Assembly (NCBI GenBank): GCA_964016885.1
Contig: OZ024743.1
Location: 90,396,001 to 90,460,000 of the forward strand
DNA from: Eledone cirrhosa
Taxonomy: Eukaryota
Length of the DNA stretch: 64,000 bases
Reading direction: 5' to 3'
Part shown: in pieces, positions 18,001 to 29,599 of the stretch
Position numbering within the stretch: the stretch's first letter is position 1
Layout of the letters: each line of letters opens with the position of its first letter
Notes under the pieces: generated by a model
Told to the model about the DNA's origin: nothing
Database searches by the model: none
What the model saw: only the letters and a program-made list of their open reading frames with translations
Translations under genes and position numbers: made by a program

Positions 18001-19640
18001 TGTATCTATCTATACAGTCAAGATCTACACACTGTATCTATATAATCAACATCTACACACTGTATCTATCTATACAGTTAATATCTACACACTGTATCTA
18101 TACAGTCAACATCTACACACTGAATCTATACAGTCAACATCTACACACTGAATCTATACAGTCAACATCTACACACTGTATCTATCTATACAGTCAACAT
18201 CTACACACTGTATCTATACGGTCAACATCTACACACTGTATCTATCTATAGTCAACATCTACACACTGAATCTATCTATACAGTCAACATCTACACACTG
18301 TATCTATATAGTCAACAACTACACACTGTATCTATTTATATAGTCAACATCTACACACTGTATCTATACAGTCAACCTCTACACACTGTGTATATCTATA
18401 CAGTCAGCATCTACATACTTTCTCTATCTATATAGTCAACATCTACACACTGTATCTATCTATATAGTCAACATCTACACACTGTATCTATACAGTCAAC
18501 ATCTACACACTGTGTCTATCTATATAGTCAACATCTACACACTGTATCTATATAGTCAACATCTACACACTGTATCTATCTATACAGTCAACATCTACAC
18601 ACTGTATATATCTATACAGTCAACATCTACACACTGTCTCTATCTATACAGTCAACATCTACACACTGTCTATCTATACAGTCAACATCTACACACCGTA
18701 TCTATCTATACAGTCAACATCTACACACTGTATCTATCTATACCGTCAACATCTACACAGTCTATATAGTCAACATCTACACACTGTATCTATATAGTCA
18801 ACATCTACACACTATATCTATCTATACAGTCAACATCTACACACTGTATCTATATAGTCAACAGCTACACACTGTATCTATCTATATAGTCAACATCTAC
18901 ACACTGTATCTATACAGTCAACATCTACACACTGTATCTATATAGTCAACATCTACATACTGTATCTATCTATATAGTCAACATCTACACACTGTAACTA
19001 AAAAGTCAACATCTACACACTGTATCTATATAGTCAACATCTACACACTGTATCTATACAGTCAACATCTACACACTGTATCTATCTATACAGTCAACAT
19101 CTACACACTGTATCTATCTATATAGTCAACATCTACACACTGTATCTATATAGTCAACATCTACACACTGTATCTATCTATATAGTCAACATCTACACAC
19201 TGTATCTAAATGGTCAATATCTACACACTGTATCTATACAGTCAACATCTACACACTGTATCTATATATACAGTCAACATCTACACACTATATCTATCTA
19301 TATAGTCAACATCTTCACACTGTATCGATACAGTCAACATCTACACACAGTATCTATACAGTCAACATCTACACACAGTATCTATCTATCTGAAAGATAT
19401 CTATCTATGCAGTCAACATCTACACACTGTATCTATCTATGCAGTCAACATCTACACACTGTATCTATCTATGCAGTCAACATCTACACACTGTATCTAT
19501 GCAGTCAACATCTACACACTGTATCTATCTATATAGTCAACATCTACAGGCTGTGTTTATCTATCTATCCGAAAGATATCTATCTATGCAGTCAACAACT
19601 TTACACTTTAACTATCAATACAGTCAACATCTACACACTG
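1..19640. repeat. Satellite array, 29/33-bp monomer AGTCAACATCTACACACTGTATCT(ATCT)ATAY, ~19.6 kb, open at the left edge; intronic to the M6 gene
   Basis: Uninterrupted tandem monomers throughout; length variants differ by one TCTA unit; monomers degenerate from ~17.8 kb to the right edge. Confidence 0.98.
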
Positions 19641-19659
19641 TGGCTCCAAAACATTTTTT

Positions 19660-19850
19660 CACACACAGGACACATTTCAGAACATGCATGCATGTGTATG
19701 CAGAGGAAATATCAGGTGTAGTGTTGACGAATTTCAGGAAGCATGCAAGTTTTGAAGGGTGCAGTGTCGCAACGGCTAACAACTGATGCAGGTAGTTTGT
19801 TCCATGCTTCGGCAACTCTGAACGTTAAAAGATGTTTCCGATAGTCATTT
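19660..19850 (-). mobile_element. CR1-like LINE 3' fragment
   Basis: Translates as RKHLLTFRVAEAWNKLPASVVS..., matching the C-terminus of the CR1-like element at 29.6-32.1 kb (HFFTLRVAEAWNKLPVSVVS). Confidence 0.85.
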
Positions 19851-19868
19851 TTAAAAATGTATGTGACT

Positions 19869-22293
19869 AAACCTTTAAATTTTTCACTTACTGTTGCAAG
19901 TGAGACCACACTGTATATATAAACTACGTTTCATTTACCATTATTAGTAAGACCACAATGTATATATAAACTAGGTTTCATTTACCATTGCAAGTGAGAC
20001 CACAATGTATATATAAACTAGGTTTCATTTACCATTGCAAGTGAGACCACAATGTATATATAAAGTAGGTTTCATTTACCATTGCAAGTGACACCACAAT
20101 GTATATATAAAGTAGGTTTCATTTACCATTGCAAGTGACACCACAATGTATATATAAAGTAAGTTTCATTTACCATTGCAAGTGAGACCACAATGTATAT
20201 ATAAAGTAGGTTTCATTTACCATTGCAAGTGACACCACAATGTATATATAAAGTAAGTTTCATTTACCATTGCAAGTGAGACCACAATGTATATATAAAC
20301 TAGGTTTCATTTACCATTGCAAGTGAGACCACAATGTATATATAAAGTAGGTTTCATTTACCATTGCAAGTGACACCACAATGTATATATAAAGTAAGTT
20401 TCATTTACCATTGCAAGTGAGACCACAATGTATATATAAACTAGGTTTCATTTACCATTACAAGTGAGACTACAATGTATATATAAACTAGGTTTCATTT
20501 ACCATTGCAAGTGAGACCACAATGTATATGTAAAGTAGGTTTCATTTACCATTGCAAGTAAGACCACAATGTATATATAAACTAGGTTTTATTTACCATT
20601 GCAAGTAAGACCACAATGTATATATAGACTAGGTTTCATTTACCATTACAAGTAAGACCACAATGTATATATAAACTAGGTTTCATTTAGCATTATAAGT
20701 GAGACCACAATGTATATATAAACTAGGTTTCATTTAGCATTATAAGTGAGACCACAATGTATATATAAACTAGGTTTCATTTACCATTACAAGTGAGACC
20801 ACAATGTATATATAAACTAGGTTTCATTTAGCATTATAAGTGAGACCACAACGTATATATAAACTAGGTTTCATTTACCATTGCAAGTGAGACCACAATG
20901 TATATATAAACTAGGTTTCATTTACCATTGCAAGTGAGACCACACTGTATATATAAACTAGGTTTCATTTACCATTACAAGTGAGACCACAATGTATATA
21001 TAAACTAGGTTTCATTTACCATTACAAATGAGACCACAATGTATATATAAACTAGGTTTCATTTACCATTACAAGTGAGACCACGATGTATATATAAACT
21101 AGGTTTCATTTACCATTACAAGTGAGACCACAATGTATATATAAACTAGGTTTCATTTACCATTGGAAGTGAGACCACAATGTATATATAATCTAGGTTT
21201 CAATTACCATTACAAGTGAGACCACACTGTATATATAAACTAGGTTTCATTTACCATTACAAGTGAGACCACGATGTATATATACACTAGGTTTCATTTA
21301 CCATTACAAATGAGACCACAATGTATATATAAACTAGGTTTCATTTACCATTACAAGTGAGACCACGATGTATATATAAACTAGGTTTCATTTACCATTA
21401 CAAGTGAGACCACGATGTATATATAAACTAGGTTTCATTTACCATTACAAGTGAGACCACAATGTATATATAAACTAGGTTTCATTTACCATTGGAAGTG
21501 AGACCACAATGTATATATAATCTAGGTTTCAATTACCATTACAAGTGAGACCACACTGTATATATAAACTAGGTTTCATTTACCATTACAAGTGAGACCA
21601 CGATGTATATATACACTAGGTTTCATTTACCATTACAAGTGAGACCACAATGTATATATAAACTAGGTTTCGTTTAGCATTATAAGTGAGACCACAATGT
21701 ATATATAAACTAGGTTTCATTTACCATTACAAGTGAGACCACACTGTATATAAAAACTAGGTTTCATTTACCATTACAAGTGAGACCACGATGTATATAT
21801 ACACTAGGTTTCATTTACCATTACAAGTGAGACCACAATGTATATATAAACTAGGTTTCATTTAGCATTATAAGTGAGACCACAATGTATATATAAACTA
21901 GGTTTCATTTAGCATTATAAGTGTGACCACATTGTATATATAAACTAGGTTTCATTTACCATTACAAGTGAGACCACAATGTATATATAAACTAGGTTTC
22001 ATTTACCATTACAAGTGAGACCACAATGTATATATAAACTAGGTTTCATTTAGCATTATAAGTGAGACCACAACGTATATATAAACTAGGTTTCATTTAC
22101 CATTGCAAGTGAGACCACAATGTATATATAAACTAGGTTTCATTTAGCATTATAAGTGAGACCACAATGTATATATAAACTAGGTTTCATTTACCATCAC
22201 AAGTGAGACCACAATTTATATATATAAACTAGGTTTCATTTACCATTGGAAGTGAGACCACAATGTATATGTAAACTAGGTTTCATTTACCAT
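19869..22293 (+). repeat. 47-bp satellite, left block (~51 units; ACCATTRCAAGTGAGACCACAATGTATATATAAACTAGGTTTCATTT)
   Basis: Direct tandem periodicity of 47 bp (e.g. TTTACCATT at 19981 and 20028). Confidence 0.97.
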
Positions 22294-23525
22294 TTATATA
22301 TACATTGTGGTCTCACATCCAATGGTAAATGAAACCTAGTTTATATACACAGTGTGGTCTCACTTGCAATGGTAAATGAAACCTAGTTTAAATATACATT
22401 GTGGTCTCACTTGCAATGGTAAATGAAACCTAGTTTATATATACATTGTGGTCTCACATCCAATGGTAAATGAAACCTAGTTTATATGTACTTTGTGGTC
22501 TCACTTGCAATGGTAAATGAAACCTAGTTTATATATATAGTGTGGTCACACTTGTAATGGTAAATGAAACCTAGTTTATATATACAGTGTGGTCTCACTT
22601 ATAATGGTAAATGAAACCTAGTTATATATACATTGTGGTCTCACTTGCATTGGGAAGTGAAACCTAGTTTATATATACATTGTGGTCTCACTTGCAATGA
22701 CAAATGAAACCTAGTTTATATATACAGTGTGGTTTCACTTGTAATGGTAAATGAAACCTAGTTTATATATACTTTGTGGTCTCACTTGCAATGGTAAATG
22801 AAACCTAGTTTATATATATAGTGTGGTCACACATGTAATGGTAAATGAAACCTAGTTTATATATACATTGTGGTCTCACTTGTAATGGTAAATGAAACCT
22901 AGTTTATATATACATCGTGGTCTCACTTGTAATGGTAAATGAAACCTAGTTTATATATACAGTGTGGTCTCACTTGTAATGGTAAATGAAACCTAGTTTA
23001 TATATACATTGTGGTCTCACTTCCAATGGTAAATGAAACCTAGTTTATATATATAAATTGTGGTCTCACTTGTAATGGTAAATGAAACCTAGTTTATATG
23101 TACATTGTGGTCTTACTTGCAATGGTAAATGAAACCTAGTTTATATACACATTGTGGTCTCACATCCAATGGTAAATGAAACCTAGTTTATATACACAGT
23201 GTGGTCTCACTTGCAATGGTAAATGAAACCTAGTTTATATATACATTGTGGTCTTACTTGCAATGGTAAATGAAACCTAGTTTATATATACATTGTGGCC
23301 TCACATCCAATGGTAAATGAAACCTAGTTTATATACACAGTGTGGTCTCACTTGCAATGGTAAATGAAACCTAGTTTAAATATACATTGTGGTCTCACTT
23401 GCAATGGTAAATGAAACCTAGTTTAAATATACATTGTGGTCTCACTTGCAATGGTAAATGAAACCTAGTTTATATATACATTGTGGTCTCACTTGTAATG
23501 GTAAATGAAACCTAGTATATATATA
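22294..23525 (-). repeat. 47-bp satellite, inverted block (~26 units)
   Basis: Same monomer as reverse complement (CATTGTGGTCTCACTTGCAATGGTAAATGAAACCTAGTTTATATATA); abrupt orientation switch at ...CATTTACCAT|TTATATATACATTGTGG. Confidence 0.97.
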
Positions 23526-23672
23526 CACACTTACACCTCTCCAAGACAATGTCACTGGACCGAGACCTTTGGCGGTACTCAGTAACAGAGAAGACCCGCC
23601 TTACCTATAGTAAAACCTACTAGAGCCAGTAGGCATCTCTAACAAAATACCCCCCCTCCGCCCCCCCATCCA
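23526..23672 (+). repeat. Non-satellite spacer; diverged fragment of a dispersed SINE-associated repeat
   Basis: TTACACCTCT...GACCGAGACCTTTGGCG...CAGTAACAGAGAAGACCCG aligns by eye with 39022-39150 and 54913-55030. Confidence 0.65.
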
Positions 23673-25434
23673 CACTAGGTTTCATTTACCATTGCAAGTG
23701 AGACCACACTGTATATTTAAACTGGCTTTCATTTACAATTGCAAATGAGACCACACTGTGTATATAAACTAGGTTTCATTTACCATTGCAAGTGAGAGCA
23801 CAATGTATATTTAAACTAGGTTTCATTTACCATTGCAAGTAAGACCACCACACTGTATATATAAACTAGATTTCATTTACCATTACAAGTGAGACCACAC
23901 TGTATATATAAACTAGGTTTCATTTACCATTATAAGTGAGACCACACTCTATATATATATACTAGATTTCATTTATCATTACAAGTGAGACCACGTTGTA
24001 TATATAAACTAGATTTCATATACCATTACAAGTGAGACCACACTGTATATACAAACTAGGTTTCATTTACCATTACAAGTGAGACCACACTGTATATATA
24101 AACTAGGTTTCATTTACCATTGCAAGTGAGACCACAAAGTATATATAAACTAGGTTTCATTTACCATTACAAGTGAAACCACACTGTAAATATAAACTAG
24201 GTTTCATTTACCATTGCAAGTGAGACCACAATGTATATATAAACTAGGTTTCACTTCCCATTGCAAGTGAGACCACAATGTATATATAAACTAGGTTTCA
24301 TTTACCATTATAAGTGAGACCACAATGTATATATAAACTAGTTTTCATTTACCATTGCAAGTGAGACCACACTGTGTATATAAACTAGGTTTCATTTACC
24401 ATTGCAAGTGAGACCACACTGTATATATAAACTAGGTTTCATTTACCATTACAAGTAAGACCACAATGTATATATAAACTAGGTTTCATTTACCATTACA
24501 AGACCACAATGTATATATAAACTAGCTTTCATTTACCATTGCAAGTGAGACCACAATGTATATTTAAACTAGGTTTCATTTACCATTACAAGTGAGACTA
24601 CAATGTATATATAATCTAGGTTTCATTTACCATTACAAGTGAAACCACAATGTATATATAAACTAGGTTTCATTTACCATTGCAAGTGAGACCACAAAGT
24701 ATATATAAACTAGGTTTCATTTACCATTGCAAGTGAGACCACAATGTATATATAAACTAGGTTTCATTTACCATTGCAAGTGAGACCACACTGTATATAT
24801 AAACTAGGTTTCATTTACCATTACAAGTAAGACCACAATGTATATATAATCTAGGTTTCATTTACCATTACAAGTGAGACCACAATGTATATATAATCTA
24901 GGTTTCATTTACCATTACAAGTGAGACCACAATGTATATATAAACTAGGTTTCATTTACCATTGGAAGTGAGACCACAATGTATATATAAACTAGGTTTC
25001 ATTTACCATTGCAAGTGAGACCACAATGTATATATAAACTAGGTTTCATTTACCATTGCCAGTGAGACCACACTGTATATATAAACTAGGTTTCATTTAC
25101 CATTGCAAGTGAGACCACAATGTATATATAATCTAGGTTTCATTTACCATTGCCAGTGAGACCACACTGTATATATAAACTAGGTTTCATTTACCATTAC
25201 AAGTGAGACCACACTGTATATATAAACTAGGTTTCATTTACCATTACAAGTGAGACCACACTGTATATATAAACTAGGTTTCATTTACCATTGGAAGTGA
25301 GACTACAATGTATATATAAACTAGGTTTCATTTACCATTACAAGTGAGACCACACAGTATATATAAACTAGGTTTCATTTACCATTACAAGTGAAGCCAC
25401 AATGTATATATAAACCTTTAAATGTTTCACTTAC
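23673..25434 (+). repeat. 47-bp satellite, right block (~37 units), abutting an M6 splice donor
   Basis: 47-bp periodicity; grades into the exon/intron junction sequence at 25412-25452. Confidence 0.97.
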
Positions 25435-25500
25435 CATTGCAAGGGAGGCCACAAATGCACCAATATAAGAAACAATAAAGAGTTGGCCTGACTCTTCAAT
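25435..25500 (-). CDS. M6: M6/proteolipid (PLP/DM20/GPM6 family) coding exon 6, TM4: IEESGQLFIVSYIGAFVASLAM
   Basis: ttattttacag acceptor, ATG|gtaagt donor, 66 nt, phase 0/0; resembles the GPM6 TM4 segment LFIVALAGAGAAVIAM. Confidence 0.88.
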
Positions 25501-25588
25501 CTGTAAAATAACAAATAAACAAAAACACAAGTTTAAAATCTTAATGTATTGTTAATTATTGTCAATTGCTAATTTAATAACATAGAAT

Positions 25589-26205
25589 GGAGTTTCAATG
25601 AAGCAGGTGGAAAAGTTCAAGTATCTCGGGTCTGTGTTCATGAGTGATAGAAAACAGAAGACTGAATTAAGTACAAGAATTGCAGGAGCTGGTGCAGTAA
25701 TGCACCAGCTTCAGCATTCAGTAATCAGTAATCAGAAGAAGGGTGGTAGGTGTAACAGCCAAACTCGCTGTCTTCAATTCAGTATTTCTGTCAACCCTTA
25801 CCTATAGTTATGAATTATGGGTAATTACACAAGCGGCCAAATTGGGGTTCACTGAAGGGCTTTTGGAGTAACGTTACTCAATAGAGTGCGTAGCTCGGAG
25901 ATCAGAGAGTTGCTCCAAATAGAGCCTCTACTTCATCGTTCACAGCTCTGATACTATGAGCATGTGGTTAGAATGTCTCAGGAAAGAATTGCTGGTCAGA
26001 TTTTACAGGCAAAACCAATCAGCAGGAGACCCAAGGGTAGACCCTGAGCAAGATTGTTTGATAACATTCATGAGCTTGGCTAGTCACAGTTGGGGATCAA
26101 GCCGGATCAGTTTGAAAAGGTTGCTTCTGACAGGACCCACCGGAGGGAGTATTTGAGGACTCTGCTTCAACGACCCTCTCAGGAATAAGTGGGCAAAGAA
26201 GGAGT
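25589..26205 (+). mobile_element. 5'-truncated RTE-clade LINE
   Basis: KQVEKFKYLGSVF motif followed by a decayed RTE C-terminus; 12-bp TSD ATAACATAGAAT at 25577-25588 and 26206-26217. Confidence 0.88.
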
Positions 26206-27162
26206 ATAACATAGAATTGCTAATCTAATGATTTTTGTTTGTTCATTTTGCTGATATTTTATGTTTTGAATAATTGTTTTATTTTATGTCAATTATATTT
26301 TAGAAACAAAAGTTTTATAATGATGAAAATATTAAAAAAAGATTTCAAAAAATTAAGTAACAACAAAAGGGAGAAGGAGGAAAGAAGGGCAGATCTGACT
26401 GTATAGTAAAGTAAAGGAAAGGACTATAAAAGCCACAAATGAGAAGAAAAGGAGGGAAAGAGCAAGGACTATTTGATGGTACAGACTTATCAATCGAATG
26501 GTATATTTGATAAAGATTCTAATCCTTAACTATAATACCTTAGAAATGATGTTATCAAACAGACAGACACATCTGAACACCTGTCCAACCAGGTAGACAG
26601 TGATAGTAATGTCATAAAAGAAATCATTATAAATAAACATGTTACAATATCAACGTAAAAAACAATCACAAACTTAAAGCCCCCATTCCACCCAGTTATG
26701 ACAGACCAGGAAAGTCCCTCTCCAAAGCACAAGCCTGGTCAAGGTGGTTTTGTGGAAGACCAACAGTACCAATCCATGCCAGTCAGTTCTCTCTATATAC
26801 CCAATTTTGTCCAAAGGAAAACCAAGGCCAATACAGCTTGTCACCGGGCCAGATTAAATCCTTTTGATCTTCTAAGTACTTAAAAGATTATGGTGTCCCC
26901 ATCCATATATAAAGAATGCAAAAAAGAAATTGGTGATTGGTGGAGAATGACAAATACAAGTGATTTGAATAAAATGGTTCCCCGCTTCCTTGATGCCCTA
27001 AGTATGTGTTTATTTTATATAATGGTTAACCCAACTTCTTCCTCAAAGCACAACACATGTCTGGGAATTGAAGTCATGACATATTACTGTTATGAGACTA
27101 ACACCCTAACTACTAAGCCATGGCCTTTCATTTAATCACAAAGTTAATAAATATATAATTAC

Positions 27163-27251
27163 ACGAGTACACATCCGTCGCAAATTGGTTGGTGAGCAAA
27201 GAACTGACGGAGCCGAATCAACAGTCTTTTGGGTGCTGTTGCTAAAAATAC
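27163..27251 (-). CDS. M6: M6/proteolipid coding exon 5, second extracellular loop: (G)IFSNSTQKTVDSAPSVLCSPTNLRRMCTR
   Basis: ctctctttcag acceptor, gtaatt donor, 89 nt, phase 1/0; supplies the 3rd and 4th conserved loop cysteines. Confidence 0.82.
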
Positions 27252-27519
27252 CTGAAAGAGAGTATAAGAAGCATATTATTTTAAACATATCAGGACAAAT
27301 ACTAAATTTCAGTCAGTTTAATGTTTATAATGTTCAAAGAATGACACTAAATAACATGAATAAATTTATCTCCAAACATCTTCAAATGTTATATTAACTC
27401 TTAACATCTTGTTATAAATTAACAAAAACTTCTTTAAAAATAGGTTTGTTAAGTCAAATGTTTTTAGAGTCTTTATTAGTGAACAGATTGTTGCGAAAAA
27501 ATTGCATTATTAGAGTTAG

Positions 27520-27712
27520 AGCGGTGGACTGGCAGTATCAGTAGAGCGTCAGACACCATGCTTTGCAGCACAGAGTTATGGCCATTTACGTTCTGAGTTC
27601 AAATCCCGCTGAGGTTAATTTTGCCTTTTATCCTTGCGGGGTCGAGAAAATAAAGCACCAGTAATGCACTGGGGTAGTTGCTGGCCCTGTGCCAAAAGTA
27701 GAAACAATTATT
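27520..27712 (+). mobile_element. tRNA-derived SINE with Deu/Nin-type core
   Basis: B-box GAGTTCAAATCCC; core TTTGCCTTTTATCCTT...GGGGTCGA...AAATAAAGCACCAG; TSD ATTATTAGAGTTAGA. Confidence 0.85.
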
Positions 27713-28675
27713 AGAGTTAGATTCCAACTTTTAATGTGCTGCAGTCATAGTGCTGTTTTATACTTTTAAACGACTAATGCAGTTTGATGTGGTTATTCTA
27801 TTTATGAACTGCTTTCTAGAGACAATTGATTTTAACCCTTTTGATATCAAACCACCTGAAACTGCACAAGATTTTATGATGCAAACTGCTTATATATAAG
27901 CAGTTTGATCAGGTTTGATGAGGGATTTTGAGACCAGGAACAGGTAGCAACGTAACCACTAGTTGATATGCTTATATATCAATCTACCACGATCAATCAA
28001 CTCACTGAAACAATTGTAAAACAATGAACTAATTAACTACCTACCTGTGACTTCTGTTTTATTTTCATTGTTCAACACACACACACATATATGTGCAGAT
28101 CCCAAGTTAAATCGGGGGTAACCACAGTAAATAAGATACTCAAATTACTAGATATTATATTATTAGTAGAGATTATATATATGTATATATACACACGCAC
28201 ACCTTACCTCATAATTTCATGTAGGAACATTTTTTAAGTTATGCTCCAAACACCAGCTTAATAATGAGACAGTTAGTTATACCAAATCCCTTTAAATTCT
28301 TGATTATTTTCAAAACTATTTGAAAATCCCAGACAGTGTCAATCATTAGGAATATGGTAATGAAAGAACTAACCAAATTATAGTAACAATTATAGTTGAA
28401 TGTTTTTCAATAATTTTCATTAATAGGTAACACTGGTTCATTCTTTTAAACCAGTCATGGACAAACTGCGGCTCATTTGGCTTTCTGAATAGTACACCTA
28501 ATATCAAAATTGCCTTGATTATTTTAGTAGTGCGGCCTGCTTTGTGATGATCCACATCTTCGGCGGCCCACAGCTTGAAAAAGGTTGCCCATGCCCGTTT
28601 TAAATTAACATTTTAAGATCTAGCAGTAACAATTAGACTCTGCCTAGCTGATAAGGTGTAATGAAACTGAACCAT

Positions 28676-29577
28676 CTATCTATCTAAGGCGGGTAAAATT
28701 CCCGAGATCCATGGACGAGTTCTCTCCAGCGGTCTCTGTCCCTCATTATCGCTGCCATATCCTGCATCTCCAACAGACCAGTGTCTGTCCTTAGGGCATC
28801 AACATATGTTAACCTTGGTCTTCCCCTTCTAGTGTGTCCATGTAGGGGCTCCCAAAGGAGCACTGAGTGCAATGTCAACTCTGGATGTCGGTGAGCATGT
28901 CCAACCAACCTCAGTCTCCTCTGTGTCACTTTTGAGCTGACTTTTGGGATGCTCCCATACAGCTCTGAGTTTTTCATCCTCAGTGTATACTGATTAATGT
29001 TCAGAGCCATCCTCAGCATTCTCGTGTAGCACCCATCCACCATCTGAGTGAGTCTCTTGGTCAGTGTCCAAGTCTCAGACCCATACAGCAGCAGAGACTC
29101 CACTACAGCAATGAAGAGGCGGATTTTCAGGTCTCTACGAAGGTCCGACTTCCACACCGATCTCAAGCTGTGACACGTTGGCTCCCTACCTTTTTATCAT
29201 TGTAGTGGACTATTGTATGCGCCTTGCACTGGAGAAACACCAGGACTCTGGCTTTACTGTAGCACCGGCTCAGAGCAGGAGAGTTGGGGCGAAAAAGGTA
29301 TCGGATGCTGAATTTGCCGACGACATAGTTTTGGTGACAAATACAGTGAAGGAGGCAGAGGATTTGATGCGGGAGGTTGAGACTGTGTCGATGAGTGTGG
29401 GGCTGAGAATGAATGAGACTAAAACAAAATATCTGGTAGAGAATGTTGAGAAGCCAGAGGGGATCACTAATGTAGGCGGGAAGCCGCTGGAATTGGTTGA
29501 GGAATTCCTGTATTTGGGAGCAAAGATTGGGAATACAGAAGATGATGTGGTTGAGAGGAAGAGCACAGCCTGGGCGG
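28676..29577 (-). mobile_element. RTE-clade LINE insertion with 5' inversion (twin-priming structure)
   Basis: 28684-29176 (-) carries the RTE C-terminus (ESLLLYGSETW...RRGRP) and a (GATA)n tail; 29177-29577 (+) carries RT PYLFIIVVD...FADD...FLYLG; TSD ACTGAACCAT at 28666-28675 and 29578-29587. Confidence 0.92.
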
Positions 29578-29599
29578 ACTGAACCATGCTCAGAGTTAA

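Noticed and set aside
1-19640. CRISPR-like array (29-33 bp units with internal palindrome)
   Set aside because: There are no unique spacers and no cas genes, and the context is a eukaryotic intron; it is a plain satellite
404-19786. Repetitive ORFs (STSTHCIY/VNIYTLYL/SQHLHTVSI)
   Set aside because: Chance stop-free runs through the satellite; the three peptides are the three frames of one monomer
19880-19900. Recursive splice site at the distal end of the 47-bp array (CAACAGTAAGT)
   Set aside because: It lacks the AG|GT junction and an upstream polypyrimidine tract; better explained as the relic donor copy
26526-26732. Hydrophobic minus-strand ORF as a possible M6 TM4 exon
   Set aside because: No family motif or convincing splice sites; 25435-25500 fits phase and homology
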